31,698 bases of DNA from Sulfurimonadaceae bacterium (GTDB lineage Bacteria > Campylobacterota > Campylobacteria > Campylobacterales > Sulfurimonadaceae): NCBI GenBank assembly GCA_041548245.1, contig JBFESZ010000014.1, forward strand, positions 1-31,698. Direction: 5' to 3'. Of the stretch, positions 1 to 10,852 are shown in pieces; position 1 is the stretch's first letter, and every line of letters begins with the position of its first letter. Under the pieces are notes generated by a model. That model was not told where the DNA came from and ran no database searches. It saw only the letters and a program-made list of their open reading frames with translations. Both the position numbers and the translations under genes were made by a program.

Positions 1-648
1 GATGTTTTCTATCTACACTCTCGTCTTCTTGAGCGTGCTGCGAAAGTTAATGATGAATTAGGTGGTGGTTCTTTAACTGCTCTTCCTATTATTGAGACTC
101 AAGCAGGTGACGTTGCGGCATATATCCCGACAAACGTTATTTCAATTACTGATGGTCAGATCTTCCTAGAAACTGATCTTTTCAACTCAGGTATCCGTCC
201 GGCGATCAACGTTGGTCTTTCTGTATCTCGTGTTGGTGGTGCTGCTCAGATCAAAGCTACTAAGCAAGTTGCTGGTACTTTACGTCTTGATCTTGCATCA
301 TTCCGTGAACTTCAAGCATTTGCTCAATTCGCATCTGATCTTGATGAAGTTTCTCGTAACCAACTAGAGCGTGGTCAAAGAATGGTAGAGGTTCTTAAGC
401 AACCTGCATTCTCTCCACTACCAGCTGAAAAACAAGCACTTATCATCTTCGCAGGTAACGAAGGTTTCCTAGATGACATGGATGCATCTAATGTTGTTCG
501 TTTTGAAGCAGAGCTTTATCCATTTGTTGAAGCATCTTATCCTCAAATCTTTGAGAACATCCGTTCTTCTAAGAAAATCGATGATGAGACTGACGCATTA
601 ATGAAAAAAGCATTGGAAGAGTTTAAATCAACTTTTTCGGCTAACTAA
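1..648 (+). CDS. atpA: F0F1 ATP synthase subunit alpha, 5'-truncated by the window edge
   Basis: Frame 1 reads [15 protein letters not shown]...[33 protein letters not shown] and continues into the listed 382-648 ORF; directly upstream of atpG. Confidence 0.99.
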   Translation, partial: DVFYLHSRLLERAAKVNDELGGGSLTALPIIETQAGDVAAYIPTNVISITDGQIFLETDLFNSGIRPAINVGLSVSRVGGAAQIKATKQVAGTLRLDLASFRELQAFAQFASDLDEVSRNQLERGQRMVEVLKQPAFSPLPAEKQALIIFAGNEGFLDDMDASNVVRFEAELYPFVEASYPQIFENIRSSKKIDDETDALMKKALEEFKSTFSAN

Positions 649-659
649 GGACCACTAAT

Positions 660-2950
<2,291 letters not shown>

Positions 2951-2958
2951 GGATTCAC

Positions 2959-3351
2959 ATGAATACTCTTCAATTAGAAATTGTTACTCCAAACGGCGAC
3001 ATCTTCAACGGCCCGGTGACTGAGGTCACTTTGCCAGGCGAAGAGGGCGAGTTTGGCGTTCTTCCTGATCATGCATCATTGACTACACTTTTAAGTGCAG
3101 GCGTGATTGACTTTGTCAAAGAAGATAAAAAAACTGAATCTGTAGTTGTTAACTGGGGACATGTGCAAGTCGACGAGAACAAAGTTGTTGTTCTCGCTGA
3201 TGGTGCTGTTGCTATTCGCGGTGATAATGAGAGTGATATTGCAAAAGCATTGGCTGATGCAAAAGCGCTGGTTAAATCTGCATCGGATAATACAGCAGCG
3301 ATTGCTGCCGTGTCTGCAAAACTAGAGACAGCTGCACAGAAACTAATCTAA
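2959..3351 (+). CDS. atpC: F0F1 ATP synthase subunit epsilon
   Basis: LEIVTPNG and GEFGVLPDHA motifs; follows atpD. Confidence 0.97.
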   Translation: MNTLQLEIVTPNGDIFNGPVTEVTLPGEEGEFGVLPDHASLTTLLSAGVIDFVKEDKKTESVVVNWGHVQVDENKVVVLADGAVAIRGDNESDIAKALADAKALVKSASDNTAAIAAVSAKLETAAQKLI

Positions 3352-3920
3352 TGTTTCAGTCTCTCTCGACATTTATTTCAGATTCTCACCCTGTTACCCT
3401 ATTGGTACTGGGTGTTTTATCTCTATATTTCATTACAATAACGTGGGTTTTTATCTATCGTTATCTTTCCCTGCAAAGCTGGGTCTCCCAAGAAAAAGAG
3501 TCACTTGAATCTCTTCTTATGGGTTCTAACTACGTCTCTACACTCTCTTATATCGATCCATTTTTAAGGCGCACAACAAAAATCAATAAAGAGATATTGG
3601 ATCTATGTCAGTATGTTGCAACAAAAGATGCAACAAAGGGGCTGAGTTCTTTATCTATAGTCGCTTCGACTTCTCCGTTTATTGGGCTTTTTGGTACTGT
3701 CGTATCAATTTTGGATACATTTAAAGATATTGGCCAGGCTTCTGCTTCAATGTCCTTAATCGCTGTTGGTGTCTCAGATGCACTTATTGCAACTGCAGCA
3801 GGTATTTTCGTTGCAATTTTCGCTTATACCTTTCATCAGCTTCTAAAGCGCAAAGCCTATGAGCTATCAGGGCTTATCCGCATGCAGTCTGATGCACTTA
3901 TCGCTAAAGCAAAAGATTAA
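3351..3920 (+). CDS. tolQ: MotA/TolQ/ExbB proton channel protein (TolQ of the Tol-Pal system by context)
   Basis: STSPFIGLFGTV and ALIATAAGIFVAI motifs, three hydrophobic segments; start overlaps the atpC stop. Confidence 0.9.
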   Translation: MFQSLSTFISDSHPVTLLVLGVLSLYFITITWVFIYRYLSLQSWVSQEKESLESLLMGSNYVSTLSYIDPFLRRTTKINKEILDLCQYVATKDATKGLSSLSIVASTSPFIGLFGTVVSILDTFKDIGQASASMSLIAVGVSDALIATAAGIFVAIFAYTFHQLLKRKAYELSGLIRMQSDALIAKAKD

Positions 3921-3925
3921 TTGTC

Positions 3926-4321
3926 ATGCATTATGAGTGGGACGAAAACCCGGAACTTAATATCACACCTTTAGTGGATGTGATGTTGGTTTTATTGGCT
4001 ATTTTGATGGTGATCGCACCGACCATTGTCTATGAAGAGCTTATAAAGCTTCCAAAGGGTTCTGCAAAAAAAGCATTGACTAAAAAACCGCCTGTTCATA
4101 TCTCGATCAACAAAAACAGAGAGCTTATGGTCAATGGCGAAAAATTCAAAGTAGATGATTTTGAAGACAACTTCTACCTCTTTGCTCAAAAGAACCTTGA
4201 CACAAAGTCTGCAGTGATGATTTCAGCCGATAAAGACTTGGGATACGGAGAGGTTATGTTTATCCTCTCTACGGTAAAACGAGCCAACTTTACCGAAGTC
4301 TCCTTGGCTACCAACGGATAA
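3926..4321 (+). CDS. tolR: ExbD/TolR biopolymer transport protein
   Basis: LNITPLVDVMLVLLAILMV transmembrane motif with the conserved Asp, and ISADKDL. Confidence 0.9.
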   Translation: MHYEWDENPELNITPLVDVMLVLLAILMVIAPTIVYEELIKLPKGSAKKALTKKPPVHISINKNRELMVNGEKFKVDDFEDNFYLFAQKNLDTKSAVMISADKDLGYGEVMFILSTVKRANFTEVSLATNG

Positions 4322-4325
4322 GTTT

Positions 4326-5081
4326 TTGCTTGCACGTAATAATGATCACTACTTTTACTTGGGTGGGATTGTCTCTTTAACTCTTTTTACTTCTTTTACG
4401 CTTCTGTTTTTTCTGTTTATCTTGCAAGAAACACGGATTAAACATGTGCAATTGAGCTCTTCAGACTATATAGCTGTTAATCTTAATCATGTACCTACGG
4501 CACCTCCTATCAAGGTAAAAAAAACGCAACAGGTCAAGGAAGAGAAAGTCGAAGAAAAAGTCCTGGAGACTATTGAGACACCACCTCAAAAAGTCAATAC
4601 AGATCTTTCATCATTATTTGGTGATGTCAAGACGAAAAAACTTGTCAAGAGGAACAAGACAAAGAAGTCGACAGTAGACGATAAGTTCATCAAGAAGATA
4701 CAAAAACGTATCGAGACGAAAGCGACTCGGACGGAAAAGTCAACCGAGGCAAGCTCCTTGGTAAAAAACTTAAAACTCTCCAAGCAGGACATCAAGCTTG
4801 TAGGTGACTCTTCTGGCGTAGTCAATGAATATTTGGCTAAAATACATGCTGAAATCTACTCTAAGTTTTTTCCTCCGGCCGATTCGGTAGGGAAATCTGC
4901 CAAAGTTCGTTTAGAAATTGACAGGTTTGGTTCATTGGTTTCTTTTAGGGTGATAACATATACAGGTGATACACTTTTTGACGAAGCTGTTGATGCCTGT
5001 ATGAATGCACTGGACAAGTTTCCAATTCATAAGGACAATAAAGCTGTCAGCTTGGATATTATTTTAACTGCAAAGGAATAA
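4326..5081 (+). CDS. TolA/TonB C-terminal domain protein
   Basis: N-terminal transmembrane helix, Lys/Glu-rich linker, C-terminal TolA/TonB-like domain (YTGDTLFDEAV); lies between tolR and tolB; TTG start. Confidence 0.8.
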   Translation: MLARNNDHYFYLGGIVSLTLFTSFTLLFFLFILQETRIKHVQLSSSDYIAVNLNHVPTAPPIKVKKTQQVKEEKVEEKVLETIETPPQKVNTDLSSLFGDVKTKKLVKRNKTKKSTVDDKFIKKIQKRIETKATRTEKSTEASSLVKNLKLSKQDIKLVGDSSGVVNEYLAKIHAEIYSKFFPPADSVGKSAKVRLEIDRFGSLVSFRVITYTGDTLFDEAVDACMNALDKFPIHKDNKAVSLDIILTAKE

Positions 5082-5083
5082 CA

Positions 5084-6340
5084 TTGAATAAAATTGTAAT
5101 AATGCTCTTTTTAGCTTTAAACCTTTTTGCTGCTGATGCAACAATAGAAGTTATCAAGAAAGTGGATAAGTTACCATCCATATCTGTTGAGGATGCATCT
5201 ATTGATTATAAAGAGAGGCTTTCAAAGAAGTTTTTTAAAGTCCTGGTCAGTGATTTAAGCGTATTGGCAAGCTTCAATGTCTATGACAATTATAGTATGA
5301 ACGATTTTGATGCCGATGATGTTGATACGGCTAACACAAAGCGTGATTATGTCTTGCGTTATCGCTTGCGTGAAGATGATGGTCAGTTGAATTGTGACTA
5401 TAAACTTATATCTGCTGCGGATAACAGTGTTGTTCGCGAGAGAAACTTTCGTATCAAGAAAGAGAACCTTTATGTTTTTCTGATTCATAACATTGCAACT
5501 GATATTAATGACTTTATTGGGGCTGAAAGTGTCGAATGGATGAAGTCTTATGTCCTTATTTCTCGTTTGACATCACCTAATGAAAGTGAAATCGTTATCT
5601 CGGACTATACGCTTACATACCAACATGTTATTGTCAAAGGCGGATTGAACGTATTCCCTCACTGGGCAGATGAAAAACAGACAAGTTTTTATTATACTGT
5701 TCTTGATACAGCCAAACCTACACTTTATAAGATGGACAGACGTACAGGAAAAAGTGAAAAGGTGTTGGCAAGTGACGGTATGATGATCTGTTCTGATGTC
5801 AGTAAAGACGGTAAAAGACTGCTTGTGACAATGGCTCCTGAAGGGCAGCCGGACGTGTATCTTTACAACGTAGAGTCTAAACAGCTCCAAAGACTCACCC
5901 AGTATGGCGGTATTGATGTCGGTGCACAGTTTTTGGAAGATGAGAGCGAAATAGCTTTTGTATCTAATCGTCTGGGGTATCCAAATGTTTTCTCAAAGAA
6001 GATCGGTTCACGCGGTGTTCAGCAGATGGTTTACTATGGAAAAAGCAATGTGGCTTTGGCAGCACATAAGAACTATGTCGTCTATAAATCGCGCGAGAGT
6101 GCGAATGAGTTCTCGCATAACACATTTAATCTTCACCTTATCAGTACACGCTCGGATTTCATTCGCCGTTTGACAGCTACGGGAGTCAATGAATTTCCAA
6201 GATTTTCGGATCATGGAGACTCAATAATCTTTATTAAAAATTACAAAGCCGAGAGTTCTGTCGGAATAATTCGCTTAAAACAGAACAAAAGCTTTCTATT
6301 TCCACTAAAAATTGGTAAGATACAGTCAATAGATTGGTAA
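5084..6340 (+). CDS. tolB: Tol-Pal system beta-propeller protein TolB
   Basis: Signal peptide, propeller repeats (SKDGKRLL, FVSNRLGYPNV, FPRFSDHG) and C-terminal IQSIDW typical of Campylobacterota TolB. Confidence 0.93.
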   Translation: MNKIVIMLFLALNLFAADATIEVIKKVDKLPSISVEDASIDYKERLSKKFFKVLVSDLSVLASFNVYDNYSMNDFDADDVDTANTKRDYVLRYRLREDDGQLNCDYKLISAADNSVVRERNFRIKKENLYVFLIHNIATDINDFIGAESVEWMKSYVLISRLTSPNESEIVISDYTLTYQHVIVKGGLNVFPHWADEKQTSFYYTVLDTAKPTLYKMDRRTGKSEKVLASDGMMICSDVSKDGKRLLVTMAPEGQPDVYLYNVESKQLQRLTQYGGIDVGAQFLEDESEIAFVSNRLGYPNVFSKKIGSRGVQQMVYYGKSNVALAAHKNYVVYKSRESANEFSHNTFNLHLISTRSDFIRRLTATGVNEFPRFSDHGDSIIFIKNYKAESSVGIIRLKQNKSFLFPLKIGKIQSIDW

Positions 6341-6360
6341 AATCAAAAAAAGTGATTAAT

Positions 6361-6738
6361 ATGAGTAATAAAAGTTTGCGTATTTTAGCAGTTGATGATG
6401 ATATGATTAACCGTAAGTTGATAAAATCAATGTTGAACAAAGCGGATAATGTATCTGAAGTCATTGAAGCTGTTAACGGTATGGATGCCCTTGATATACT
6501 TAAGAAAGACACAAGCATCGATATTATACTCTTGGACATCATTATGCCGATCATGGGTGGTATAGAGTTTTTAAAAGTAGCTCGTACCGATGATCATTTG
6601 AAAACTATTCCTGTTATCGTCCTGACTACGGATGAGACGATACGTGCCGAAGCACTTAATGAAGGTGCCAATGATTTTCTTACCAAGCCGATCCGGGAAA
6701 AAGACATCATTGCCAAAATTTCTCAGCTCATACTCTAA
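6361..6738 (+). CDS. Single-domain response regulator (CheY-like receiver)
   Basis: AVDDD, LLDIIMP (phospho-acceptor Asp), VLTT and FLTKP motifs. ATG 6361 preferred over TTG 6334. Confidence 0.9.
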   Translation: MSNKSLRILAVDDDMINRKLIKSMLNKADNVSEVIEAVNGMDALDILKKDTSIDIILLDIIMPIMGGIEFLKVARTDDHLKTIPVIVLTTDETIRAEALNEGANDFLTKPIREKDIIAKISQLIL

Positions 6739-6855
6739 ATAGACAAGACTTTGTTAGAAGTTTTGTGATTTTCTCAATCTCTATGCCAAGCTTATTCACT
6801 TGATTTTCATATTCATTTATATACATAAAAGTTAAAAATCTCACCAAAAACTTTC

Positions 6856-6893
6856 TTTTTTTTGTTGATTTGGAGTTTTTTTTTGGTTACACT
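6856..6893 (+). promoter_or_regulatory. Putative sigma70 promoter (-10 TACACT with upstream T-tracts)
   Basis: TACACT at 6888-6893 preceded by T8 (6856-6863) and T9 (6876-6884), resembling the periodic AT-rich Campylobacterota promoter. Confidence 0.45.
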
Positions 6894-6920
6894 ATAGATA
6901 TATTTTTTTTAGGATTCAAT

Positions 6921-8183
6921 ATGGACTTCTCCCAATTAATTGATATGATCAACGCTTATATTCCGAATGAGATTGCAGGGATAGATTCTATTTATGTGAT
7001 TGGAGGAGTGGCAGTAGTTCTTCTACTGTTATGGTTCTTTTTAAGATCAACTAGGAGTGAACCTAAACGTGAGCTTGTCGATCTTGTACCAGAGCAAGTT
7101 GAACAAGAAGAGTCTCACAGTGATGAAGAAGAGACTCAAACTGATACTGAAGAGAGAGCAGAGCTAGAGGGTTCAGAAACATCTGAAGTCTTATCAGACA
7201 CCCAAGCAGATATAGAAACAGAGCAGACAGATGAAGAAGATGAAACTTTGCCGGAAGAAGAACTTCAGAATAAAGCTGAAGCAGTAGAGGAGACTTCTGT
7301 TGAACAAGAGGCACAAGTGCAACCACAGCAGGGGGTACTCTCACGTAAGAAGCGTGAATCCACACGAAACGGACGCAAGATTGTCAAAGCTGATTTCTCT
7401 GATTTTAGTGGACAACGTATTCTTATAGCGGAAGACAACCTTATCAATCAAAAAGTTATTAATGGGGTATTGAACGAATCGGGAATTGATGTTGTGATAG
7501 CCGATGACGGCCAGATCGTCATGGACATATTGGAAAAAGACAGCAATTTCGAGATTATTTTGATGGATGCGCACATGCCACGTGTAGATGGCTTTGAAGC
7601 GACACGGATGATACGAGAGAACCCTGCCTATGATCATATCGCTGTTGTGGCGTTAAGTGGTGATACTGCCGCAGACGATATTAGGCATATGCGAGAGGCA
7701 GGCATGGAAGAGACGCTGGAAAAACCTCTGAAAATGGATGCACTTTATGATGTGATGTCTATGTATTACACTATGCCTCAAGCGCAAGAAGAGATCGAAA
7801 AACCTAACGTGGAAGAGTTGGAAATTGATGTCGATATCAATGACCTTCCAAGCCTCGATTACGCACTGGGGCTTGAGATATGCGGCAATGACGAAGCGAT
7901 GTACAAAGAGTTGTTGAAAGAGTTCTTTGTCGGGTATAAAGACTCTTCCAAAAATCTTCGTGATGCTTTAGTCAAAAAAGACTATGCGGCTGCCAAAGCG
8001 ATCCTGATCGATGTAAAGGGCACGGCATCAAACTTGGGCGCGAAGCAGTTTCTTCAGTTGACAGATCATTTTCTAAAAGAACTTTCTGAAGGTAATACGG
8101 CGGCTTATGGCGGATTGTTCAAAGATTACCAGAGTTTTCTCTTAAACTTGTTGAAAAGTATTCAAAACGCATTCAAATCTTAA
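6921..8183 (+). CDS. Membrane-anchored response regulator: transmembrane helix, acidic linker, receiver and Hpt-like C-terminal domain
   Basis: Hydrophobic VIGGVAVVLLLLWFFL, Glu-rich linker, ILIAEDN/ILMDAHMP/EKP receiver, and Hpt-like KGTASNLGA. SD AGGA at 6911 supports ATG 6921. Confidence 0.85.
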   Translation: MDFSQLIDMINAYIPNEIAGIDSIYVIGGVAVVLLLLWFFLRSTRSEPKRELVDLVPEQVEQEESHSDEEETQTDTEERAELEGSETSEVLSDTQADIETEQTDEEDETLPEEELQNKAEAVEETSVEQEAQVQPQQGVLSRKKRESTRNGRKIVKADFSDFSGQRILIAEDNLINQKVINGVLNESGIDVVIADDGQIVMDILEKDSNFEIILMDAHMPRVDGFEATRMIRENPAYDHIAVVALSGDTAADDIRHMREAGMEETLEKPLKMDALYDVMSMYYTMPQAQEEIEKPNVEELEIDVDINDLPSLDYALGLEICGNDEAMYKELLKEFFVGYKDSSKNLRDALVKKDYAAAKAILIDVKGTASNLGAKQFLQLTDHFLKELSEGNTAAYGGLFKDYQSFLLNLLKSIQNAFKS

Positions 8184-8184
8184 T

Positions 8185-8210
8185 AGGGAAAGGAATTCCA
8201 TCTTTTCTCT
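8185..8210 (+). terminator. Possible intrinsic terminator
   Basis: AGGGAAAGGA pairs with TCTTTTCTCT (several G-U pairs) just after the stop codon, followed by a pyrimidine run. Confidence 0.35.
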
Positions 8211-8227
8211 TCTTTCTCACTTTTCAG

Positions 8228-8233
8228 TATAAT
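8228..8233 (+). promoter_or_regulatory. -10 box for the hemF-DTW unit
   Basis: Perfect TATAAT preceded by T-rich sequence, ending 27 nt upstream of the hemF ATG. Confidence 0.55.
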
Positions 8234-8260
8234 TTCAAAAAAAATGACTAAAGACTATTT

Positions 8261-9292
8261 ATGACAAGAATCAAAGCGAAATCTACAGATGCAAAAGCGG
8301 CAGACAATCTGGTTGAGCATCTTCAAGCCTATTTTGTAAAGGCCTTGGAAAATCTCTCATGCGAGATTGGCGAGGAAAAAAAATTTGAAGCGATAGAGTG
8401 GTTTCGCAATAAAGGAGAGTTTGGTGGGGGTGTCCGGTATGTTGCTACGGATGAAAAGCTTTTTAATCGTGGTTCTGTGAATATCTCGCAGGTACAGTAT
8501 GACAATGATGAGACTAAGCAGCTTGCTTCGGCTACGGCACTGTCGACCATCATCCATCCTGCCAATCCTCATGCCCCTTCTATGCATATGCATATCTCCT
8601 GGACAGAGATGAAGGACGGACGGGGATATTGGAGAATGATGGCTGATCTAAACCCTTCTATTTTTAAACAAGAGGATAAGCAAACTTTTGAGAGTAGTCT
8701 GAAAGAGTGCGGAGGTGAGTATTATGACGAGGCATCTGCCCAGGGTGAAAAATATTTTTTCATTCCCGCACTTGGACGTCATAGGGGAGTCAGCCATTTT
8801 TATCTTGAAAACTTTTCGACCGGTGATAAAAAAGAGGACCTTGCAATGGCAAAAAATCTCGGTGAAAATGTCATAGATACTTATGTCAAGATAATCAGAA
8901 ACAGAATTGTGAGTGAAACAAGGATTACAAAAGAAGACAAGAAGGCACAACTGGCCTATCATACCCTTTATCTTTTTCAAGTACTTACCCTTGATCGGGG
9001 AACAACTTCAGGCTTATTGGTACATGATGAAAATGATGTAGGGATAATGGGTTCTATCCCTTCGCATGTTGATAAAGCTCTTCTTCTTTCATGGAAAGAT
9101 AAGGTACCGACGGAGCAAGAGGGTCTGGTTGAAGTCATAGCCACATGTTTAGATGAAGACGGGCATGTGGAAAATAAACAAAAAACTGCCTTGGCAAAAG
9201 CAGTAAGAGAGTATTATAAGAGCAGACCAGAGGCTCTAAAAGTCCAAGCCTCAGGAAATGTGGCAGTTCCAACGGTACAAAATCATAAATAA
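8261..9292 (+). CDS. hemF: Oxygen-dependent coproporphyrinogen III oxidase-like protein (divergent HemF family)
   Basis: GGG.R, FNRGSVNISQV, IIHPANPHAPSMH, YFFIP...RG and LDRGTTSGL align in order with HemF motifs. Confidence 0.8.
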   Translation: MTRIKAKSTDAKAADNLVEHLQAYFVKALENLSCEIGEEKKFEAIEWFRNKGEFGGGVRYVATDEKLFNRGSVNISQVQYDNDETKQLASATALSTIIHPANPHAPSMHMHISWTEMKDGRGYWRMMADLNPSIFKQEDKQTFESSLKECGGEYYDEASAQGEKYFFIPALGRHRGVSHFYLENFSTGDKKEDLAMAKNLGENVIDTYVKIIRNRIVSETRITKEDKKAQLAYHTLYLFQVLTLDRGTTSGLLVHDENDVGIMGSIPSHVDKALLLSWKDKVPTEQEGLVEVIATCLDEDGHVENKQKTALAKAVREYYKSRPEALKVQASGNVAVPTVQNHK

Positions 9293-9293
9293 A

Positions 9294-9950
9294 TTGAGGC
9301 CAAGACAAACGTTTTATGGTGACCGAGAGAAATGTTACCGCTGTTTTAGACCGAAGAGTTCATGCATGTGCGCTTACATCAAACCGATGGTCACAAAGAC
9401 AAAGTTTGTGGTCTTGATGCATACGCATGAGTTTAAAAAGGTAAAAAATGCTACAGGGCATTTTACGCATCTCTCTTTAAAGAACTCAAAATTGTTTGTA
9501 GACACCAGTTTTGCCAAGCATAAAGAGGTCAATGCTCTTTTGAAAGATGGGAACAATAACTGTTATGTCCTCTATCCTGATGAGCAGAGTCTGTTGCTCA
9601 ATGATACTTCTTTAGAAGAAAAGGGAAAACAGAATGTGATCTTCTTGATTGATGCTACTTGGCACAATGCAAAAAAGCTTCTGAGAGATAGTCCGAATAT
9701 CCAAGCACTTCCAAAGGTGAGTTTTAAACATACGAGAAACTCAGGTTATAGGATCAAAGAACAGCCAATGGAGCTATGTCTTTCTACAATAGAATCAACG
9801 CATTGTGTCTTGGAGCTATTGACTTTGAACGGGTCCGAGGAATTAAGCAGTACAGAACTGGATGGTTTTTTGGAACCATTTAAAAAGATGGTGGATTATC
9901 AGGTAAAGTGTACGACTCTACAGAATAGGTCTCCGAGATTTAGAGTCTGA
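9294..9950 (+). CDS. DTW-domain protein (tRNA-uridine aminocarboxypropyltransferase, TapT/YfiP-like)
   Basis: N-terminal CxxC...CxC, H..E, NATG, IDATW and LSTIES motifs. Start uncertain: TTG 9294 just after the hemF stop, or ATG 9258. Confidence 0.88.
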   Translation: MRPRQTFYGDREKCYRCFRPKSSCMCAYIKPMVTKTKFVVLMHTHEFKKVKNATGHFTHLSLKNSKLFVDTSFAKHKEVNALLKDGNNNCYVLYPDEQSLLLNDTSLEEKGKQNVIFLIDATWHNAKKLLRDSPNIQALPKVSFKHTRNSGYRIKEQPMELCLSTIESTHCVLELLTLNGSEELSSTELDGFLEPFKKMVDYQVKCTTLQNRSPRFRV

Positions 9951-9961
9951 TATATTTAATG

Positions 9962-10852
9962 TTACAGGGCACGAATAACATTCCTGAGGCTGTCGAGTAC
10001 ATTGGTACACCCATCAAGATATTTGATGGACACTTCCATCAGTCCATTTCGTTTCTCTTTGTCATCTCCATATATGAGACGGGAAATAAGTTCGGGATAG
10101 GCTTCTCGAATATGTTTGGCCGTATCGTTAAAGGGTTGCATAAAGTATTCAACGAGTGTACTTACAAGGGGAACAAAAAGTATGATACCTAGGATAGCAC
10201 CGGCTACTCCTCCTGAAAGTTCCACCCAGGCTGGCATCCCTGTGAAAGAGTACCAGTAGTAATAGAAGAAGTTCTGTTGGGACATATAGAGTTCACCTGC
10301 CAAGTAAGAGCCTGCTAGAGCACCAAGTCCTCTTGACATCTCTCCTACAATACCTGTTGAGATACTCATATCGATGATGAATGAACTTGCCTTGGTCGTA
10401 AGTCGTTTAAGATGGGTGACCTCAATGGCTTTTAAGGCAATATCCTCTTTCCACTCCTGAGTGCACTGCAACATCTGATTTTTTTTCTCTTCATTGTCTT
10501 GAAATCCTTGAAGCATGAACTGATCTAAGAAGTTTTGGAGTCTGGTTTGAAGTAGATCTACACAAAAGACATCTTGGGTAAACCTTCGTAAAAGTTCTTT
10601 CTCACTTCTGGGCGTTCTGTGAAACCCCTCTTTTTTAAAAGCTAGTATATATAACCAGGAAAGCAGATTGTTGATAGAGATGAGAAGATCAAGGATGTCA
10701 TTCCTAAAATGACGTTTGAACATCTGCCATGGACTTTTATAATACTCTTTTGAAAAGGCCTCCAGTTTTGGATTGACTACCTCATACAAATAGTTGTATA
10801 AAAAAGTGTTCAAAGCAGATTCAAGGGTCTGCCTGCTTTTTTTATCAAGCAT
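9962..10852 (-). CDS. Hypothetical membrane-associated protein with Gly/Ala-rich hydrophobic helices
   Basis: Long ORF. ATG 10852 overlaps the end of the radical SAM gene by 8 nt, which suggests coupling; the ORF track extends to 10897. Confidence 0.75.
   Translation of the reverse strand: MLDKKSRQTLESALNTFLYNYLYEVVNPKLEAFSKEYYKSPWQMFKRHFRNDILDLLISINNLLSWLYILAFKKEGFHRTPRSEKELLRRFTQDVFCVDLLQTRLQNFLDQFMLQGFQDNEEKKNQMLQCTQEWKEDIALKAIEVTHLKRLTTKASSFIIDMSISTGIVGEMSRGLGALAGSYLAGELYMSQQNFFYYYWYSFTGMPAWVELSGGVAGAILGIILFVPLVSTLVEYFMQPFNDTAKHIREAYPELISRLIYGDDKEKRNGLMEVSIKYLDGCTNVLDSLRNVIRAL

Noticed and set aside
6772..6789. Sigma54-like site on the minus strand (TTGGCAT-N5-TTGA)
   Set aside because: The -12 element is GA rather than GC, and it points antisense into the receiver gene.
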